Below, piece after piece: positions 1-10,473 of a stretch of 64,000 nt of DNA. Numbering within the stretch: the stretch's first letter is position 1; each line of letters opens with the position of its first letter. Made by a program: the position numbers and the translations under genes. The stretch spans positions 224,001-288,000 of the forward strand of contig CAWDVW010000006.1 in NCBI GenBank assembly GCA_963805855.1, in the 5' to 3' direction. The notes under the pieces were generated by a model. It ran no database searches, had not been told where the DNA came from, and saw only the letters and a program-made list of their open reading frames with translations. This DNA is from Candidatus Dadabacteria bacterium (GTDB taxonomy: Bacteria > Desulfobacterota_D > UBA1144 > Nemesobacterales > CSP1-2).

Positions 1-296
1 TGAGGCAATACTTTACCGTTATTAGTCCAAACAGGTTGAAAATTCTGTAGCTCATAGAATTTGGGGACCTGATTTGAGAGCTGCATACTATTTTCACCAA
101 GCATTATGATGATTGGACCCTTTGAGTTTAGAATCTGATTCTTGAGGTCATTGCTCACAGGGTCTACCGAAACACCGTTATTTTGATCCGATGTCACGTC
201 CCCTAAGTCTTGCTTTTTTGCTACGCAACTGACTAGAATTATTAATAAACTAAGGAAAAAAAGCCTAAGGATTCTATATCTATTTATCAATCTCAT
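1..296 (-). CDS. Lipoprotein, 5' part only; possibly YcbB-like L,D-transpeptidase
   Basis: Manual translation from ATG 296: MRLINRYRILRLFFLSLLIILVSC (lipobox) ... FYELQNFQPVW, open to the window edge. Confidence 0.55.
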   Translation of the reverse strand, partial: MRLINRYRILRLFFLSLLIILVSCVAKKQDLGDVTSDQNNGVSVDPVSNDLKNQILNSKGPIIIMLGENSMQLSNQVPKFYELQNFQPVWTNNGKVLP

Positions 297-655
297 ATTC
301 TATTGGAAAATTGTTTTTTGTCCCTTTTAAATTAGGTTCGATTATAGCAGGCTAATAAGTCTTAATCAATATTTAAAATCCATTTTTTCTTAGAAATTGA
401 TTTATACCGAGATTTGTAATATTATGAATTTGCATAAACGTGTGCTGCTAGTAAGTAGTGCGAACTGGTCTAATTTAGTCAAATTTAACATTATCGTAGC
501 AAATTAGAGAAATATATAATATTATATTATACATTATTGACTTTCTAATTTATTTAATATATTAGAATAGTTAGTTATTTTTAGGTAAACTATAGATTTT
601 ATCTTCACTCGTTGTAATATATTTGCATTTAAATACACTAAAGGAGGGAGGTATA

Positions 656-853
656 ATGTCGATGTTTAAAAAACTTTTGTTAATTTTGTGTTTTGGTGTC
701 ACATCTTTTGTCGTTTACGGCTGTACTCAGCCACAGCCGGCGGGGGAAGAAGAAGCTGTTGTTGAGGAAGAGGTGGTTGAGGAAACTCCGGCTCCAACCG
801 AAGCGCCTACGGCTGCACCTATGGATGACACAGGTGAAAGCGGAACAAATTAA
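656..853 (+). CDS. Small acidic, Pro/Glu-rich lipoprotein
   Basis: AAGGAGG RBS; signal peptide with VYGC lipobox; low-complexity tail. Confidence 0.75.
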   Translation: MSMFKKLLLILCFGVTSFVVYGCTQPQPAGEEEAVVEEEVVEETPAPTEAPTAAPMDDTGESGTN

Positions 854-1026
854 TCTTATACCGTTTCCGCTTTAGACCTTAGAATGTGTTTCTGGTAGGC
901 TAGGGCAGATTGATTCTTTAATTAGATATGCCTTAGCCAATGTTGTTTTGAATTGATCTGCCCAAGATTAGAAGGACAGGGGCATTTCAATTCTAATTTA
1001 AATAGATTATAAGCTACATCTTCTAG

Positions 1027-1052
1027 AAGGGCGGGTTGATTATCCGCCCTTT
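1027..1052. terminator. Hairpin, possible intrinsic terminator
   Basis: AAGGGCGG-N9-CCGCCCTT followed by T-rich sequence. Confidence 0.5.
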
Positions 1053-1118
1053 CATCTTCCTTTTATTCCTTGACACAATTTGTTGTAAAATACATACTTT
1101 CCATTGGAGGCAAGTATT

Positions 1119-1412
1119 ATGAAAGGAAACAGTGATCCGTTACGCCTGAGTGCTGTCAAGGACGACATATCAAATCTAAGAGCCGATATGAATGGGCTTT
1201 TCCAGAAACTAATAAATACCGGAAAAAGTGAAACCGAAGCCGCTAAAGATAAGGTTATCGAAGAGTTACGTGATGCGTTAAAGGTCGCGAGCAAGAGCGG
1301 GAAAGAAACGATTGAATCACTGGAGAGTAAGGTTCAGGAGAGGCCCTTTACCAGTCTATTATTGTCATTCTTTATAGGATTCTTCTTCGGAGTTTTTTCC
1401 AGTAGAAAGTAG
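1119..1412 (+). CDS. DUF883 / ElaB-YqjD family membrane-anchored protein
   Basis: GGAGG RBS; helical N-terminus, C-terminal VQERPFTSLLLSFFIGFFFG anchor. Confidence 0.75.
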   Translation: MKGNSDPLRLSAVKDDISNLRADMNGLFQKLINTGKSETEAAKDKVIEELRDALKVASKSGKETIESLESKVQERPFTSLLLSFFIGFFFGVFSSRK

Positions 1413-1500
1413 GGATCCCGTTTTCTATTTATATTCCCAATATTCCTAAGAACCGTATAATCATTTCATAATATTGAGTTGAGCGAGTTAAGTTATAACT

Positions 1501-1833
1501 CTACCCGTGAGGGTAGGGCAGGCCTGATTTTTTCCGATGCTGTTGCATTTGTTTTTTTTGATGAGTTTTCAGGCAAAGGTCGGAGAGTGGTTTTGCACTA
1601 CAGACCAGGATGAAACGGGATTTCATATCCTCAGGATAGTATCTTATCGCATCAGATTGATCTACCTTACCCTTAAAAAGCTTACATGCACAGGTAAGAC
1701 AGAATCCCTGAAGGCACATAGAAGGTAAGTCATACCCAGCTTTATATGCAGCATCCAGAATATATTCATCTTTCCCCACTTCAAGTCTGACTATCCCTTC
1801 GGGGGTATGAAGTTTAACAAGGTAGGTTTTCAC
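1501..1833 (-). CDS. Plant-type 2Fe-2S ferredoxin
   Basis: CLQGFCLTC...LVC motif. Confidence 0.85.
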   Translation of the reverse strand: MKTYLVKLHTPEGIVRLEVGKDEYILDAAYKAGYDLPSMCLQGFCLTCACKLFKGKVDQSDAIRYYPEDMKSRFILVCSAKPLSDLCLKTHQKKQMQQHRKKSGLPYPHG

Positions 1834-1851
1834 CTACCTTGGCCTCCATTT

Positions 1852-2082
1852 TTAGGGATTATAGAATGACCGGTTTTTGCTGTAGGGTGCTTCTCCAGGA
1901 TCTCCACGTCGGAAGTGCCCAGATGGTCTAACAACTCCATCTCTTTCCATGCTGAGTAATTCGATGAACCATGCTTCATGCTCAATCTCCTCCTGGAGTA
2001 TTCTGGAAGCCATGTCACATGTACGCGGGTCTTTCCCAAAAGTTAAATCACATGCCTCGCTCCAGGTTCTGATTGCTGTCAT
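1852..2082 (-). pseudogene. C-terminal fragment of DPS-like (DPSL) ferritin-superfamily protein
   Basis: AIRTW..CD.T.GKDPRT...[13 protein letters not shown]...PSGHFRR; N-terminal part absent. Confidence 0.75.
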
Positions 2083-2205
2083 ATGTTAAAATCAACTCTG
2101 AGGAAATCCATAAAATGTAAAACTCAGGGCAAAAGTTCTTGTGGATATGTTAGCTTTTGAGTATATTTACAGCCCAAAACCGTCAAATTTATAGATCTTT
2201 GGAGG

Positions 2206-3780
2206 TTGTCGATCGACGTGGACTCTCTTTTAAATGGAAGTCTAACAGTAATTACCTTTTTCCCTGTTTTTGGAAGCCTAGTAGTTGTTTTTTTGTCTCT
2301 ACTTTTCAAAAAGTCTGAAGAGCCGATGAAAATCGGAGCTCTTGTGATAGCCCTCATTGAATTTATTATTTCGTTACCGCTTTTTATAAACTTTAAAATC
2401 GGTTTCTCGGGCTTTCAGTTCGAAGTCAAAGCCGAGTGGATAAAAACGCTAGGGATAACCTATCACTTAGGTGTCGATGGAATTAGCCTATTTCTAGTGC
2501 TTCTCACAACATTTCTCATCCCCATTACCATTCTTAGCTCCTGGAATGCAATTAAAAGAGGGATGAGGGAGTTTTTAGTGCTGATTTTTATGATCGAGAC
2601 CGCGCTCATTGGAACCTTTATAGCACTTGATATGATTCTTTTCTTTATTTTCTGGGAGGCGGTTTTAATACCTATGTATTTTATAATTGGGATATGGGGA
2701 GCAGAGCGCAGAATATATGCGGCCATAAAATTCTTTATATATACCGCGTTTGGTAGTGCTTTGATGCTTATTGCCATATTCTATCTATATTCTCTACACC
2801 TTGATCAATTCGGAACAGCTTCTATGGATTTAATTGACTTTTATAGAATAAACATTCCATATTCTGGAGTATTAAGTCCTCAAGGCTTAGCTTTTCTCGC
2901 TTTTCTTCTGGCGTTTGCGATCAAGATTCCGATGTTTCCGTTCCATACTTGGCTTCCCGATGCACACGTCGAAGCCCCTACGGCTGGAAGCGTCATCCTT
3001 GCAGCTATTCTTCTTAAAATGGGAGCATATGGTTTCTTGCGATTTTTACTTCCGATTTTTCCGGAGGCGACCATCGACTTTCTTCCTTTCATTTTAATAG
3101 TCGCGATAATTGGGATTATCTACGGTGCGATGGTTGCGTTTGCGCAAGAAGATCTCAAGAAGCTAGTTGCATATTCAAGCATAAGTCATTTAGGACTTGT
3201 CGTTCTTGGGATTTTTGTTCTTAATATTCAGGGAATAGAGGGTGGGATATATCTAATGGTAAGCCATGGACTTTCCACCGGTGCGCTCTTCCTTATTGTT
3301 GGAATGGTCTATGAAAGGAGACATACGAAGCTAATTAAGGAATTTGGTGGAATTTCAAAGGTGATGCCGCTGCTTGCCGCCTTTTTCATGGTTTCAATGC
3401 TAGCATCTATCGGACTGCCGTCTCTCAATGGCTTCATAGGGGAATTTCTTGTGCTTCTCGGTGCGTTCAGAATGAATTACGTATATTCCGTCCTTGGTGC
3501 TACTGGTATAGTTCTTGGCGCCATTTACATGCTTTGGGCTTATCAGCGGGTCATGTTTGGACAACTCGATAAGGCGGAGAACAAGGTGCTGGTTGATATT
3601 AATCTCAGGGAAATTATGGTTCTGCTCCCGCTTGCAATAATGATGTTTGTGATGGGACTATATCCTAAGCCATTTCTTTCGAGAATGGAGCCTTCGGTGA
3701 GGCACCTGCTTACCTCGAAGTTTGATCATACGTCATCTATTACTGAAGTGATTCAGCCCGAAAGTGTTGTGAAGGAATAG
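2206..3780 (+). CDS. nuoM: NADH-quinone oxidoreductase subunit M
   Basis: LGVDGIS, FFIFWE, FPFHTWLPDAHVEAPTAGS, LKKLVAYSSISH, GFIGEF motifs. Confidence 0.92.
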   Translation: MSIDVDSLLNGSLTVITFFPVFGSLVVVFLSLLFKKSEEPMKIGALVIALIEFIISLPLFINFKIGFSGFQFEVKAEWIKTLGITYHLGVDGISLFLVLLTTFLIPITILSSWNAIKRGMREFLVLIFMIETALIGTFIALDMILFFIFWEAVLIPMYFIIGIWGAERRIYAAIKFFIYTAFGSALMLIAIFYLYSLHLDQFGTASMDLIDFYRINIPYSGVLSPQGLAFLAFLLAFAIKIPMFPFHTWLPDAHVEAPTAGSVILAAILLKMGAYGFLRFLLPIFPEATIDFLPFILIVAIIGIIYGAMVAFAQEDLKKLVAYSSISHLGLVVLGIFVLNIQGIEGGIYLMVSHGLSTGALFLIVGMVYERRHTKLIKEFGGISKVMPLLAAFFMVSMLASIGLPSLNGFIGEFLVLLGAFRMNYVYSVLGATGIVLGAIYMLWAYQRVMFGQLDKAENKVLVDINLREIMVLLPLAIMMFVMGLYPKPFLSRMEPSVRHLLTSKFDHTSSITEVIQPESVVKE

Positions 3781-3870
3781 GTTAATTGCGGGGTTAGCAA
3801 ACCTTTCCTAAGCATATTGTTGATAAATTTTAAAGCGATACTCCCGGTTTTCCAACCTCGTATGAATTGT

Positions 3871-4884
3871 CTAGATGTTTGGTTTTACTTTTTCCAATAT
3901 CTCATTAATAACATCTATGGCTTTAATCCCTTCAGCTTCAGCACGGTAATTCAAAACAACACGGTGCTTCAGAACTGCCGGTGCGATAAATTTCACGTCT
4001 TCAGTGGTTGGTGTAAATCTCCCTTCAAGAATCGCTTTAGCCTTACTGCCTAGAATCAAATACTGCGATCCCCTGGGCCCAACGCCCCAGGAAACCCATT
4101 TGCTTACGGTTTCGTTAGTGTTTGAATTATTAGGTCTAGTTGATCTTGCAATGCTCACCGCGTATTCTGCGACATGTTCTGAGACTGGCACCCTATGGAC
4201 TAGCTCTTGATAAGAAATAATTTTATCGGCGTCAAGTATTTTTCTTGGGCTGGGATTATACATCGATGTGGTAGACTTTACGATCTCGATCTCTTCGTCG
4301 TGTGTAGGATAATCGACATCAATTTGAAACATAAACCTATCGAGCTCGGCCTCAGGTAGTGGGTAAGTTCCCTCCTGTTCGATAGGGTTTTGAGTGGCAA
4401 AAATTAGAAATGGCGGATCCAGCCGATATGTTTCTCCCCCAACGGTAACTCTATGCTCCTGCATTGCCTGAAGAAGGGCCGCCTGGGTCTTCGGGGACGC
4501 GCGGTTGATTTCATCGGCAAGTAGAATGTTACAGAAGATTGGTCCCTTAATAAACTTGAAGAACCTCCTGTCAGTTAATACATCCTTCTCCAATACTTCG
4601 GAGCCGGTGATATCCGAAGGCATTAAATCCGGCGTAAATTGAATTCGATTAAATTCTAGGTTTGTGACGCTTGATAAGGTGCTGACAAGTAATGTTTTTG
4701 CAAGACCGGGAACTCCAACGAACAATGAATGCCCCGACGACATAAGTGAGATCAGCAGTAATTCGACCACATTTTTCTGTCCGACAATTACCTTGCCAAT
4801 TTCCTTAACAATCTCATTTTTGATTTCAGCAACTTCTTCAACCCTCTCAGCATCTTCGTTTCTTTGATATTCAATCTGATTCAT
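3871..4884 (-). CDS. MoxR family AAA+ ATPase
   Basis: GVPGLAKT, RIQFTPDLMPSD, LADEINRA, ATQNPIEQEGTYPLPEA. Confidence 0.93.
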   Translation of the reverse strand: MNQIEYQRNEDAERVEEVAEIKNEIVKEIGKVIVGQKNVVELLLISLMSSGHSLFVGVPGLAKTLLVSTLSSVTNLEFNRIQFTPDLMPSDITGSEVLEKDVLTDRRFFKFIKGPIFCNILLADEINRASPKTQAALLQAMQEHRVTVGGETYRLDPPFLIFATQNPIEQEGTYPLPEAELDRFMFQIDVDYPTHDEEIEIVKSTTSMYNPSPRKILDADKIISYQELVHRVPVSEHVAEYAVSIARSTRPNNSNTNETVSKWVSWGVGPRGSQYLILGSKAKAILEGRFTPTTEDVKFIAPAVLKHRVVLNYRAEAEGIKAIDVINEILEKVKPNI

Positions 4885-6469
4885 TTCTAGGCTCCTCGTC
4901 TAATAGTATGTTCAGAACCTCCTTTTCCATTTCAACTGATTCCAATCTCCCTTGGTTTTCATACACTGCGATGAGAGCTGTGTGTATTTTGGGATCGAAC
5001 GGGTTTATAGATAATGCTATTTTTAATTCCTCTTCCGCCTTTTCAAAATTCCCCTTCTTAAAGTAAATTCTCCCAAGATTTAAATGTGTGTCGATATAAT
5101 CAGGGTACAATTCTATAATTGGTTTTAATAGTTGTTCTGCATTATCGTATTGGCCTAGATCGGTCTTGACCGAAGTAAGTCGGTTTAGAACTACCGGGGA
5201 GGTCTGGTCAAAATGCCTTGCCTTTTCATACTCATATGCCGCAGCTTTCAACCGCCCTCTTGTCCTGAGCATATCGCCCAACCTTGAATATTCTCTTGCT
5301 TTGATATCGTCGATATCGATCAGGTCTTCACTCCCATCTTGAGAAAGTCTGCTGTCAGTAAACCTCAATTCCTTTACTTCGACGTCAGGGATTCTAACCG
5401 AAAGTTTCTTAGATTTAAGGTACCCTGTCCAAGAATCATAGAAGCTATCGAATTCTTTGTCTGTAACCATTTTTAACGAAAGCTTATAATCATCTGTTTT
5501 TCTTAAGTTATCCAGTAAACTGACTATCGCATTATTCCCCCAAGTGTTCACTAGATATTCAATCATCGATCCCGATTGCGCAAAGGCAAGCTGTGCTTCA
5601 TAGGCAGTGTCAAGCTTACCGAACGAAGGATGCATTTTCTCTATTGAAACCAGTTTATTATCTCTTAGTGCTATAGCCAGAAGCGTTTCATAAAAAGGGG
5701 TTATAACATCGCTAGCCCCTTCCTCCCATCTTTTTTCTTCGAACTTTGCAATACCTTCATGAATCCAAACAGGCGTTCTATTCTGACTCTTGATAAATAC
5801 CAAGTAGTGAGCGTACTCGTGAGCAAGTGTGTCGAACCATGAGAAACCTTTTGGAAGTAACCGCGGTGATAGAATCATGATTCGGTTGAACTTACATATC
5901 CCTACTACACCAGTAGTTTTAATTTCATTTTCGGATAGGGTCGATGCCTCGGTAAAGCTTTTTAAGTCCGGGTATATCTCGACTACTATAGGCGTTTTTG
6001 GGTAGTAATCTATATCCAGGCCCACTTCATAATAAGCCTTCTCAAGCAGAGTTGCAGCGTAACTTATAAGAATTTTATCTTTTGGATGCATGTATCTAAT
6101 GTTGAAGTGTTTTGTGTTAATTTCCTTAAACTTCAGGCCAAACCCTGAGACCTTGAGAAAATAATCTAAAGGGCCAAAGTTTTCTTTGATGGCTTCGTCT
6201 GACATTTCGACCCTTTTTCCATACTCGAGTGCTTCGGCGTAGTTCCCCTTATAGTATTCGACCATAGATTTGAAATAGTAGGCTTGCGTTTTATCGTCAT
6301 CACTCAGCGACTGATCTAAAACCCTATCAGCGAAATCCGAGGCCATCGAAATCTGCCACGCCTTTAGATAATCATCGCCTTTTTTAATTAACTGCTCTGT
6401 ACCAGATGGGTTGGCGGTAGCATTAAGAATCATAGCGAATATCGGTATTAAGAGATTAAATATCATCAT
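4871..6469 (-). CDS. Secreted TPR protein with peptidase MA-like zinc domain
   Basis: Signal peptide; HEYAH...WIHEGIA zincin motif; C-terminal TPR repeats. Confidence 0.8.
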   Translation of the reverse strand: MMIFNLLIPIFAMILNATANPSGTEQLIKKGDDYLKAWQISMASDFADRVLDQSLSDDDKTQAYYFKSMVEYYKGNYAEALEYGKRVEMSDEAIKENFGPLDYFLKVSGFGLKFKEINTKHFNIRYMHPKDKILISYAATLLEKAYYEVGLDIDYYPKTPIVVEIYPDLKSFTEASTLSENEIKTTGVVGICKFNRIMILSPRLLPKGFSWFDTLAHEYAHYLVFIKSQNRTPVWIHEGIAKFEEKRWEEGASDVITPFYETLLAIALRDNKLVSIEKMHPSFGKLDTAYEAQLAFAQSGSMIEYLVNTWGNNAIVSLLDNLRKTDDYKLSLKMVTDKEFDSFYDSWTGYLKSKKLSVRIPDVEVKELRFTDSRLSQDGSEDLIDIDDIKAREYSRLGDMLRTRGRLKAAAYEYEKARHFDQTSPVVLNRLTSVKTDLGQYDNAEQLLKPIIELYPDYIDTHLNLGRIYFKKGNFEKAEEELKIALSINPFDPKIHTALIAVYENQGRLESVEMEKEVLNILLDEEPRNESD

Positions 6470-9400
6470 TTGATGATCCTCTCATAGTATCTTTTATTGA
6501 GATCGCTGTAACCTTCGGGTGAGCCTTCCTTTGTAGCGTCCAGTATCTTTTCTTTAAAGTACTGTTGGGCATTGGAATCTTGCGGTTTTGGAATTTCAAC
6601 ATTGCTGGTATCGACGCCGAGGGAGCTTCCCTGACTTTGATTTTTCCCTAGTACCAGTGGAACGGATTTCCCTGCTCCGTTAGAACTGAGCATAAAATCC
6701 TTAAGTAAATCTTCAGATTGACTTCGAGCTTTTTTCAATGATTTTATAGCTTCTTCTTGGTTTGATATTGCCCTAGATAGTTCATTTTCTTCGAGATTTT
6801 TCAGTGCGCCGCCCATGAAATCCCTGGCTTCATCTAACGAGTCGCCAATTGCGGGTGGGAGTGAAGGTTCATTTTGAGAATTCCTGAGTTCATTCGCGAA
6901 CCTAGTGGACTCTCCTCGGATTTCATTCTGCCTTTGAGCAAGATATTGGGTATTGGACTCTTTTTTTTCGCTTTTCAATAAATTCTCAAGGTCATTGTGG
7001 ATTTCCTTTGCCAATAATTCTGATTTATACCTTTGTTTAGAAAGATTTTCCATGCCGCCATATCCAAGCTTGCTTAAGTCGCTAATTCCATTTATCCGTT
7101 CCTCTACTTCTTTTGATAGCGTCAGCGCTTCCCTGAATTCAAAGGCTTCAAGCCACTTTGATAGCTCATCGGTTTGATCGAGAATCCTGTCAAATAATTG
7201 ATGGTACTGGAATATTCCATGATCGGGTAAAACGGGTGAAGATTTAGATTTCATTTCCAACAGGTAATTTTCAAGCATCTCAATCTTTTCCCTTTCATTA
7301 TCTACGAAGTCTCTTAGATTTCCATTTGTTGTAGAGTCAAGGAGCGTCTCTTTATGATTCTGAGTTATCAGCTTTAGTGCTTTTTCTTCTTTCTCAATAT
7401 TATTTAGCCTTGATATAAAATCGTTCAATTTCATCATTTCTGTTGAGAGTGATGCAGTTCTGTAAGACTTTAAACCACTCTCGAGAGAAGCGATCATATC
7501 TTGCATGCTGTTTCTAAAGTCTTCTAACAATTCGAGGGCGTCGCCCATTTCGCCATTGAGAGCTTCCTTCAAGATATTGTTAAGCTTTTCGTCTAGATCG
7601 ATAGATGGAAAGGCGTCGTGATTTAAAAATTCCCGTTGTAAATCCCCACTTAACTCGCTCAGGTTTTGAGCTAGGAGCGATATTTGATTTTTTAGGTATT
7701 CGATCTTCTTCTCAATCTCCCTTCTTGTTTTCTCATCATTATTTTGATTAAATTGTTCTAAAAGGGCTTTGAGATTGTCATATTCATCTTCCATTTTCGC
7801 CCCGATATTTAGGGACTGTCTCAATTTCTCTCCCTTCAGCATTGAATCTAAGAAAAGAATGTCGTCCTCAAATTCGTTGATTTCCCTGGTTATTTGATTA
7901 TCCAATCTTGAGAAGTAGTTTGGAGCGAGGGATGAACTCAGTTGGACTCTATCGAAATAAAGATCCTCGATCCTTGTTTTCATATTCGATAATCCTATGA
8001 AATGAGTATAGTCTGATTGCTCGTCATTCTTCATTTTAACGAGTTCATTATCCAAAGAGCTTAGAGCATTTTTAATCTTTGATGTTATTGTCTGTTGGAA
8101 ATTTTGTGTGATCAGCATTTCATCCTTTCCATTCCTTCTAGTTTCTTCTTCGGATGCGGCGTTCTCTAAATTTTTGTTTTTAAATAGCGGGTTGTCTGTA
8201 AACCTTGAATTATCTATTTCATCAGCGAGTATTTCCAGTAGCTGTTCTTGCAACATCTCCGCAATTGACATGGCATCTTCGTGCGTTTTATTGGGATTAC
8301 TTAATGTAACCTTAATTACATTTGATTCACCTGTCTTGGGGCCTGAAACGGTATCATTATCGTACGCCTTGAGTTTTACGTTAATTGTCTCATAGGGCTC
8401 AGCTTCAATTCCCTGTAAATCCCAAAGAAATTCTCCCTCCTTCGATTTTGTTTCAGTTTTGACCTGTTCAATTGTTTTACTCCCAACACCCTTACTGGAT
8501 TCCCATTCCAATATTATTTTGGAAATGCCGAAGTCGTCAGTCGCTCTGTAGGAGATCTCTAGTTGTTCGTTGACGCCCGCTAGGTTTGCTTCGGATTGAG
8601 GGTGATCGATCTTTACTTCGGGATCAAAATCCTCTAAGGACTTAATACGAAAGTCCCTTGATCTGGTACCATTACTTTGATCCTCAATATAATAGGTATC
8701 GTCTGTAACAACAACAAAATTTGCCTTAACATTTTGCTTCTTAGTCTCTATCGCGTGAGGGACACCTTTTTCGAGAATTAACTTTCCCCTATTTACTGGT
8801 TTTAAAGGGGTTGCTTCAAAAGTTACATTTGTTCCCTTGATAGCTTCTATGTTTCCGTCCGTTCGCAACGCCACCTTACTTGGCATGTGTGTGTATGCAG
8901 GATAATCATATGTAATCTTGATATCTGCGAGTTCAAGAAGATGCCTTTTGTCGAAGTAGAACATGTTTCTACTGAATAGAAAGTTTCTGTATTCCGAGGG
9001 AGTAAATAGAATTACGAGTAGGAAAGAGATCAAAACAATTGTGACCGGTTTCCAGTATCTACTAAATTTTTCACCTGCAAATAGGGCACTAAGGTCAGAG
9101 GTCTCCAATCTAAGGACCACTCGATCTATGTGGGCTATTATAAGATCTTTCGAAATACCAGTTGCATTTTCAGTATCTCCCAAACTCAACTTTAGTAAAC
9201 GGGCATTGATAAAGTCTTCTCCAAGTCCAGGGGATAACTTATCTAATTCATCAGATAATGCGGCAATTTTATGTTTTGTTAAAAGGACAGACAAAAACAA
9301 CTTATAAAAACATATTGTAATTGCTATAATGGTGAGGATTTTTGTCAAAGAGAGAAAAATGTGATTTAAAGAAATAAAAGATAAGACTGAGGATAATGAG

Positions 9401-9522
9401 AGGATAATAATTGCAGCTATGAAGAATTCTACTATCCCTTTCAGAGCGCGAATCTTTTTTTGTTTCTTTTCTATGTTATCCGAGATTATTTCAATGCGTC
9501 TTGATGAGCTGTTATCTATCAC
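6466..9522 (-). CDS. DUF4175-like membrane-anchored coiled-coil protein
   Basis: N-terminal TM helices, YDYPAYT and ATDDFGI..AYDND motifs, long coiled coils, C-terminal YYE. Confidence 0.75.
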   Translation of the reverse strand: MIDNSSSRRIEIISDNIEKKQKKIRALKGIVEFFIAAIIILSLSSVLSFISLNHIFLSLTKILTIIAITICFYKLFLSVLLTKHKIAALSDELDKLSPGLGEDFINARLLKLSLGDTENATGISKDLIIAHIDRVVLRLETSDLSALFAGEKFSRYWKPVTIVLISFLLVILFTPSEYRNFLFSRNMFYFDKRHLLELADIKITYDYPAYTHMPSKVALRTDGNIEAIKGTNVTFEATPLKPVNRGKLILEKGVPHAIETKKQNVKANFVVVTDDTYYIEDQSNGTRSRDFRIKSLEDFDPEVKIDHPQSEANLAGVNEQLEISYRATDDFGISKIILEWESSKGVGSKTIEQVKTETKSKEGEFLWDLQGIEAEPYETINVKLKAYDNDTVSGPKTGESNVIKVTLSNPNKTHEDAMSIAEMLQEQLLEILADEIDNSRFTDNPLFKNKNLENAASEEETRRNGKDEMLITQNFQQTITSKIKNALSSLDNELVKMKNDEQSDYTHFIGLSNMKTRIEDLYFDRVQLSSSLAPNYFSRLDNQITREINEFEDDILFLDSMLKGEKLRQSLNIGAKMEDEYDNLKALLEQFNQNNDEKTRREIEKKIEYLKNQISLLAQNLSELSGDLQREFLNHDAFPSIDLDEKLNNILKEALNGEMGDALELLEDFRNSMQDMIASLESGLKSYRTASLSTEMMKLNDFISRLNNIEKEEKALKLITQNHKETLLDSTTNGNLRDFVDNEREKIEMLENYLLEMKSKSSPVLPDHGIFQYHQLFDRILDQTDELSKWLEAFEFREALTLSKEVEERINGISDLSKLGYGGMENLSKQRYKSELLAKEIHNDLENLLKSEKKESNTQYLAQRQNEIRGESTRFANELRNSQNEPSLPPAIGDSLDEARDFMGGALKNLEENELSRAISNQEEAIKSLKKARSQSEDLLKDFMLSSNGAGKSVPLVLGKNQSQGSSLGVDTSNVEIPKPQDSNAQQYFKEKILDATKEGSPEGYSDLNKRYYERIIK

Positions 9523-9624
9523 AGGGAATAAATTCTACACTAGAGATCGGTCTAAGAAAAATTGGAAAGAACCGGTTATTCATGATAAGATAATTCCCCT
9601 TGGCGGCTTGTACATGGATTTCCA

Positions 9625-10047
9625 ATGGATGATAAAACACTTCTAACAAAAAGGGTCGGTTTTGCTGCGTCGCATCGCTACTGGAATCCCCAGTGGACTG
9701 AAGAGAGGAATCGATCCGTTTTCGGCAAATGTACGAGTAAGTATGGACATGGGCACAATTATATCCTGGAGGTTACGATTGAGGGCGAGGTTGATCCCGA
9801 AACGGGAATGATAATTAACCTATATGACTTAAAACCGATGATAGACGATGTTCTTAAGGATTTTGACCATAAGGATCTGAACGATGATAACATCTATTTT
9901 CGGGATAGAATTCCAACAACTGAAAATATCGCACGAGTATTTTGGGAACTGATTGGAAAACAGCTCGGAAAAGACGCGAAGTGTAGACTGCATAGAGTAA
10001 GACTCTACGAGACACCTGATCTGTTTGTGGATTACAGGGTGGTATGA
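9625..10047 (+). CDS. 6-pyruvoyl-tetrahydropterin synthase family protein (PTPS-II motif), copy 1
   Basis: FAASHR, CTSKYGHGHNY (Cx5HGH), DHKDLN, TTENIA, LYET. Confidence 0.88.
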   Translation: MDDKTLLTKRVGFAASHRYWNPQWTEERNRSVFGKCTSKYGHGHNYILEVTIEGEVDPETGMIINLYDLKPMIDDVLKDFDHKDLNDDNIYFRDRIPTTENIARVFWELIGKQLGKDAKCRLHRVRLYETPDLFVDYRVV

Positions 10048-10472
10048 TGCCGAGAGAGATTTGTAGTATAACAAGAGTCTATCACTTCTCCGCGGGACAT
10101 AGACTATATCGAAAAGATGTTTCGGAGGACGAAAATTTGCGAATTTTTGGGAAATGCACCAATCCTAAAGGGCATGGACACGATTATTATTTAGAGGTAG
10201 GCGTTAGCGGGGATATCGATCCGGATACAGGAATGATCATAAACATCGGTGAGCTGGATGAGATAGCGAGGGAAGTCATCGATGAATTAGACCACAAAAG
10301 GCTTGATATTGAAGTTCCCTATTTTACGGATGTACAACCGTCCGGAGAGAACATAGTGAGGTATTTTTGGTCGAAACTTAAGCCAAGGATAAAAAAAGGT
10401 AAACTCAGTTCTTTGAAGCTCTGGGAAACGCAAAATAACTATTTCGAGTATTTTGAGGAGGAAGTTTTATAA
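10044..10472 (+). CDS. 6-pyruvoyl-tetrahydropterin synthase family protein (PTPS-II motif), copy 2
   Basis: [33 protein letters not shown]. Confidence 0.88.
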   Translation: MMPREICSITRVYHFSAGHRLYRKDVSEDENLRIFGKCTNPKGHGHDYYLEVGVSGDIDPDTGMIINIGELDEIAREVIDELDHKRLDIEVPYFTDVQPSGENIVRYFWSKLKPRIKKGKLSSLKLWETQNNYFEYFEEEVL

Positions 10473-10473
10473 A

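Noticed and set aside
9625-10472. Annotation as queuosine queD
   Set aside because: Motif is Cx5HGH rather than Cx3HGH, and no queC/queE nearby
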